From the human T2T-CHM13v2.0 reference genome, Homo sapiens: a DNA stretch of 64,000 nt. The stretch lies in NCBI RefSeq assembly GCF_009914755.1, contig NC_060945.1; one strand, given 5' to 3'. Positions within the stretch are counted from its first letter, which is position 1; every line of letters starts with the position of its first letter. The notes under the pieces are model-generated. The model was not told the DNA's origin, made no database searches, and was given only the letters and a program-made list of their open reading frames with translations. A program made the position numbers and the translations under genes. Shown here in pieces: positions 60,975 to 64,000 of this stretch.

Positions 60975-61273
60975 TGGGGCATGGGGGCTCATACCTGTAA
61001 TCTTAGCACTTTGGGAGGCTGTGGTGGGCTGATCGTTTGTGTCTAGGTGTTCGAGACCAGCCTGGGCAACATCGTGAAACCCCATCTCTACCAAAAAACC
61101 CCACAAAAATTAGCCAGGCAGGGTGGTGCATGCCTGTAGTCCCATCTACTCAGAAGGCTGAGGTGGGAGACTGGCTTGAGTCCTAGAGGTGGATGTTGTG
61201 TGAGCTGAGATTGTGCCACTTCACTCCAGCCTGGGTGACAGAGTAAGACTCTGTCTCAAAAAAAAAAAAAAAA
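60975..61273 (+). mobile_element. AluJ
   Basis: Diverged Alu dimer with A-tail. Confidence 0.85.
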
Positions 61274-61279
61274 GAGAAA

Positions 61280-61800
61280 AAGATGTCCACACCCTAATTC
61301 TTGGATATTTTGAATATGTATGTAACATAGCAAAAGAGACTTTGTAGATATAATTAAGGTTATAAACTTTAAAATAGGTTTTCCTGGATTATTGCGCTGA
61401 GCCCAATCTAATCACATGAACCCTTATAACCAGAGATCTTTCTCCAAGTAAGCTCAGAGAAATGTAGCAAAGAGAAAGTCAAAGTGATTAGAAGCATGAG
61501 AGGGACTTGACCCACCATTGCTCTAGGAGCAAACACTGGTCTCCAGCTGGTAGCCAGCAAGGAAATGGGAGCTACAGTCTTTAAACTGCAAGGAACAGAA
61601 TTCAGCCAACAGCCTGCATAGATTGAGAAGCTCATTTGAACAATCTTCCAACACTTTGATTTCAGCCTTATGAGATTCTAAATAGAGGAGTCAACTGAAT
61701 CATGCTGTACTGGAATTTTTACCTACAGAACTGTGAGATAAGAAATGGGTGTTGTTTCAAGCCATTAAACTTGTGTTAGTTATGCCAGCATTACAAAGAT
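61280..61800 (+). mobile_element. MLT1-family LTR
   Basis: cctggattat...cccaatctaatcacatga...cctacagaactgtgagataagaaatgggtgttgtttcaagcca. Confidence 0.65.
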
Positions 61801-62454
61801 TGAATGTCGAAATTTTTAAAGAAGGTTGAGATTTATTTTGGGAAGATGTTACTCTAGTGGCTGATCAGCTTGCTTCTTTAGAGACTTGTTTGTAAACCTT
61901 GTGAGGGTCTACACTATCATTTTGTAATATGGATATCTTAGTCCAGTCCTTGAAGAGTGGCTTCTTAGACCCTCTATTGTATGTCATGGGTATTTAATAA
62001 AGATTCTGCACTCTAGTTGATTAAAACTCAAATGACTCCTGTCCCTGTGAGTTCCAGCAGGTGTTCAGTTTGTAGTTCCCCAGTAATTGTTCTTTCGGTG
62101 ATAGTTATTTTTTTGCCCTGGTATTTAAATTTTCTGTAAAGTCTCGCCCTATACATGCACAGCTTAGTATTCAGCCAAAGACTTAAAGAAAGAGTATTCT
62201 GAAACTCTATAGTTTTTCCTTTCTGCCAGTTTTTATTGCAAATTCCAGCCCGTCTTAGACTCCCCAAACTCAAATCTTTTTCTCCCCAGAGCAACTTTGC
62301 TTGGATTTCCTTATGTGGACCATGGTCTGAAAGTACTTCCATGCATAAAATCAGGGTAATTATAGGTCTCCTCTCATTTGTTTCTTTCCTATTATGGATC
62401 ACATGTTTGTACTGTCTGTGTTTCAGTGTCCTAGAATTCATATTTTCTAGATTT

Positions 62455-62612
62455 TGGTTGTCTGCTGCCATGTGAGATGTGCTTTTCACCTTCCACCATG
62501 ATTGTGAGGCCTCCCTGGCCAATTGGAACTGTAAGTCCATTAAACCTCTTTCTTTTGTAAATTGCCCAGTCTCAGGTATGTCTTTATCAGCAGTGTGAGA
62601 ACAGATTAATAC
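62455..62612 (+). mobile_element. THE1-type LTR 3' fragment
   Basis: ccttccaccatgattgtgaggcctccc...ccattaaacctcttt...attaataca. Confidence 0.75.
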
Positions 62613-62809
62613 AGATTCCTAACTAAGCCTAAAGTCAAAGTAATGTCTGTTTTAGGCCAAGAGCTAATTACAAAACTAGTTATTGTATATCGCTTTATAG
62701 TTTATAACACATTTTTGCACACTTCACTGAGTTACTAAATTAGTAAGAATTGTAGTTAGTTAAAGGTAAAATCCTTGACTATTCAAAGACCTAGGCTTTG
62801 AACCTGTAC

Positions 62810-63170
62810 AGCATATGACTGTACTGAATACTATAGGCAATTATAAGGCAATGTATTTGTGTATCTGGACATACTAAAGGTATAGTAAAAATACTGTATA
62901 AAAGAAAAAAATGGTATATCAGGCACTGATTGTGAATGGAGCCTGCAGGAGTAAAAGTTGCTCTGAGTGGGTCAGTGAGTAAATGGTGACTGAATGTGAA
63001 GGCCTAGGACATTACTAAAAATCACTGTAGACTTTATAAACACTGCACATGTATACTACACTGTTTATTTTATAAATTTTTCTTTCATCAATAATTAACC
63101 TTAGCTTACTATAAATTTTTTACTGAATAAACTTTAATTTTTTAAATATTTTGACTATTTTGTAATAACA
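62810..63170. mobile_element. Tigger3-like DNA transposon fragment
   Basis: cagcatatgactgtactgaatact...gaatgtgaaggcctaggacattact. Confidence 0.7.
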
Positions 63171-63172
63171 GC

Positions 63173-64000
63173 TATATTAGTCCATTTTCACACTGCTCTA
63201 AAGAACTACCTGAGACTAGATAATTTATGAAGAAAAGAGGTTTAATTGACTCACAGTTCCACAGGCTGCACAGGAAGCATGGATAGAATAGGAGGCCGTA
63301 GGAAACTTACAACCATGGCAGAAGGCAAAGGGGAAGAAAGCATGTCTTATCATGGTGGAGAAGGGGAGAGAGACAGAGCAAGGGAGGAAGTGCCACCCAC
63401 TTTCAAATAACCAGATCTCGTGAGAACTCACTCACTATAACGAGAACGGCAAGGGAAAAGTCTACCCTCATGATTCAATCACCTCCCACCAGGCCCCTCC
63501 CCCGACATGTGAGGATGACAATTCAAGATGAAATTTGTGTGAGCACACAGAGCCAAACCATATCATTCCACCCTGGCCCCTCCCAAATCTCACGTCCTTT
63601 TCACATCTAAAATCACAACCATGCCTTCCCAACAGTCCCCCAAAGTCTTAACTCATTCCAGCATTAATTCAAAAGCCCAAGTCCAAAGTTTCATCTGAGA
63701 CAAGTCCCTTCTGCCTATGAGCCTGTAAAATCAAAAGCAAGTTAGTTGTTTCCAACATACAATGCGGATATAGACTTTGGATAAATACTTCCATTGCAAA
63801 AGGGAGAAATTGGCCAAAATAAAGGGGTTACAGGCCCCATGCAAGTCTGAAATCCAGTGGGGCAGCCATTAAATCTTAAAGTTCCAAAATAAACTCCTTT
63901 GACTCCATGTCTCACATCCAGGGCACACTGATGCAAGAGGTGGGCTCCCAAGGTCTTGGGCAGCTCTGCCTACATGGCTCTGCAAGGTACAGCCCCTGAG
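63173..64000 (-). mobile_element. MST/THE1 LTR (63173-63564) plus internal region running off the window
   Basis: LTR ends ccaaaccatatca and is followed by ttccaccctggcccctcccaaatctca (polypurine tract) and MaLR internal sequence. Confidence 0.8.

Overview
Human (primate) euchromatic genomic DNA, recognisable as the C21orf91 (EURL/CSSG1) locus at 21q21.1. The complete gene lies on the minus strand. A CpG-island promoter and non-coding exon 1 sit at ~58.1-59.1 kb. Four coding exons (57550-57676, 35940-36476, 34566-34628, 32772-32938) splice with canonical GT-AG sites into an 894-nt, 297-aa ORF, followed by a ~4.4-kb AU-rich 3'UTR ending near 28.33 kb. The rest is mostly interspersed repeats: a full-length but broken L1PA7-type LINE, about 15 Alu/FLAM copies, MaLR (MLT1/MST/THE1) and ERV LTRs, DNA-transposon fossils and a tailless U2 snRNA retrocopy. 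There are also splice and poly(A) signals for a downstream same-strand non-coding transcript and an antisense one. There are no prokaryotic-type features. Two observations stand out. (i) A compact splice switch at the 3' end of the CDS: an inverted Alu pair brackets the 63-nt exon 4, and skipping it creates a TAA at the new junction unless the distal AG of a NAGNAG acceptor is used. (ii) The protein architecture of the poorly characterised EURL: an N-terminal LIR-like motif, a Cys/His cluster and a FEZ1/SCHIP1-like coiled coil, which that splice switch removes. Repeat subfamily calls and protein similarities come from memory and need confirming by search.
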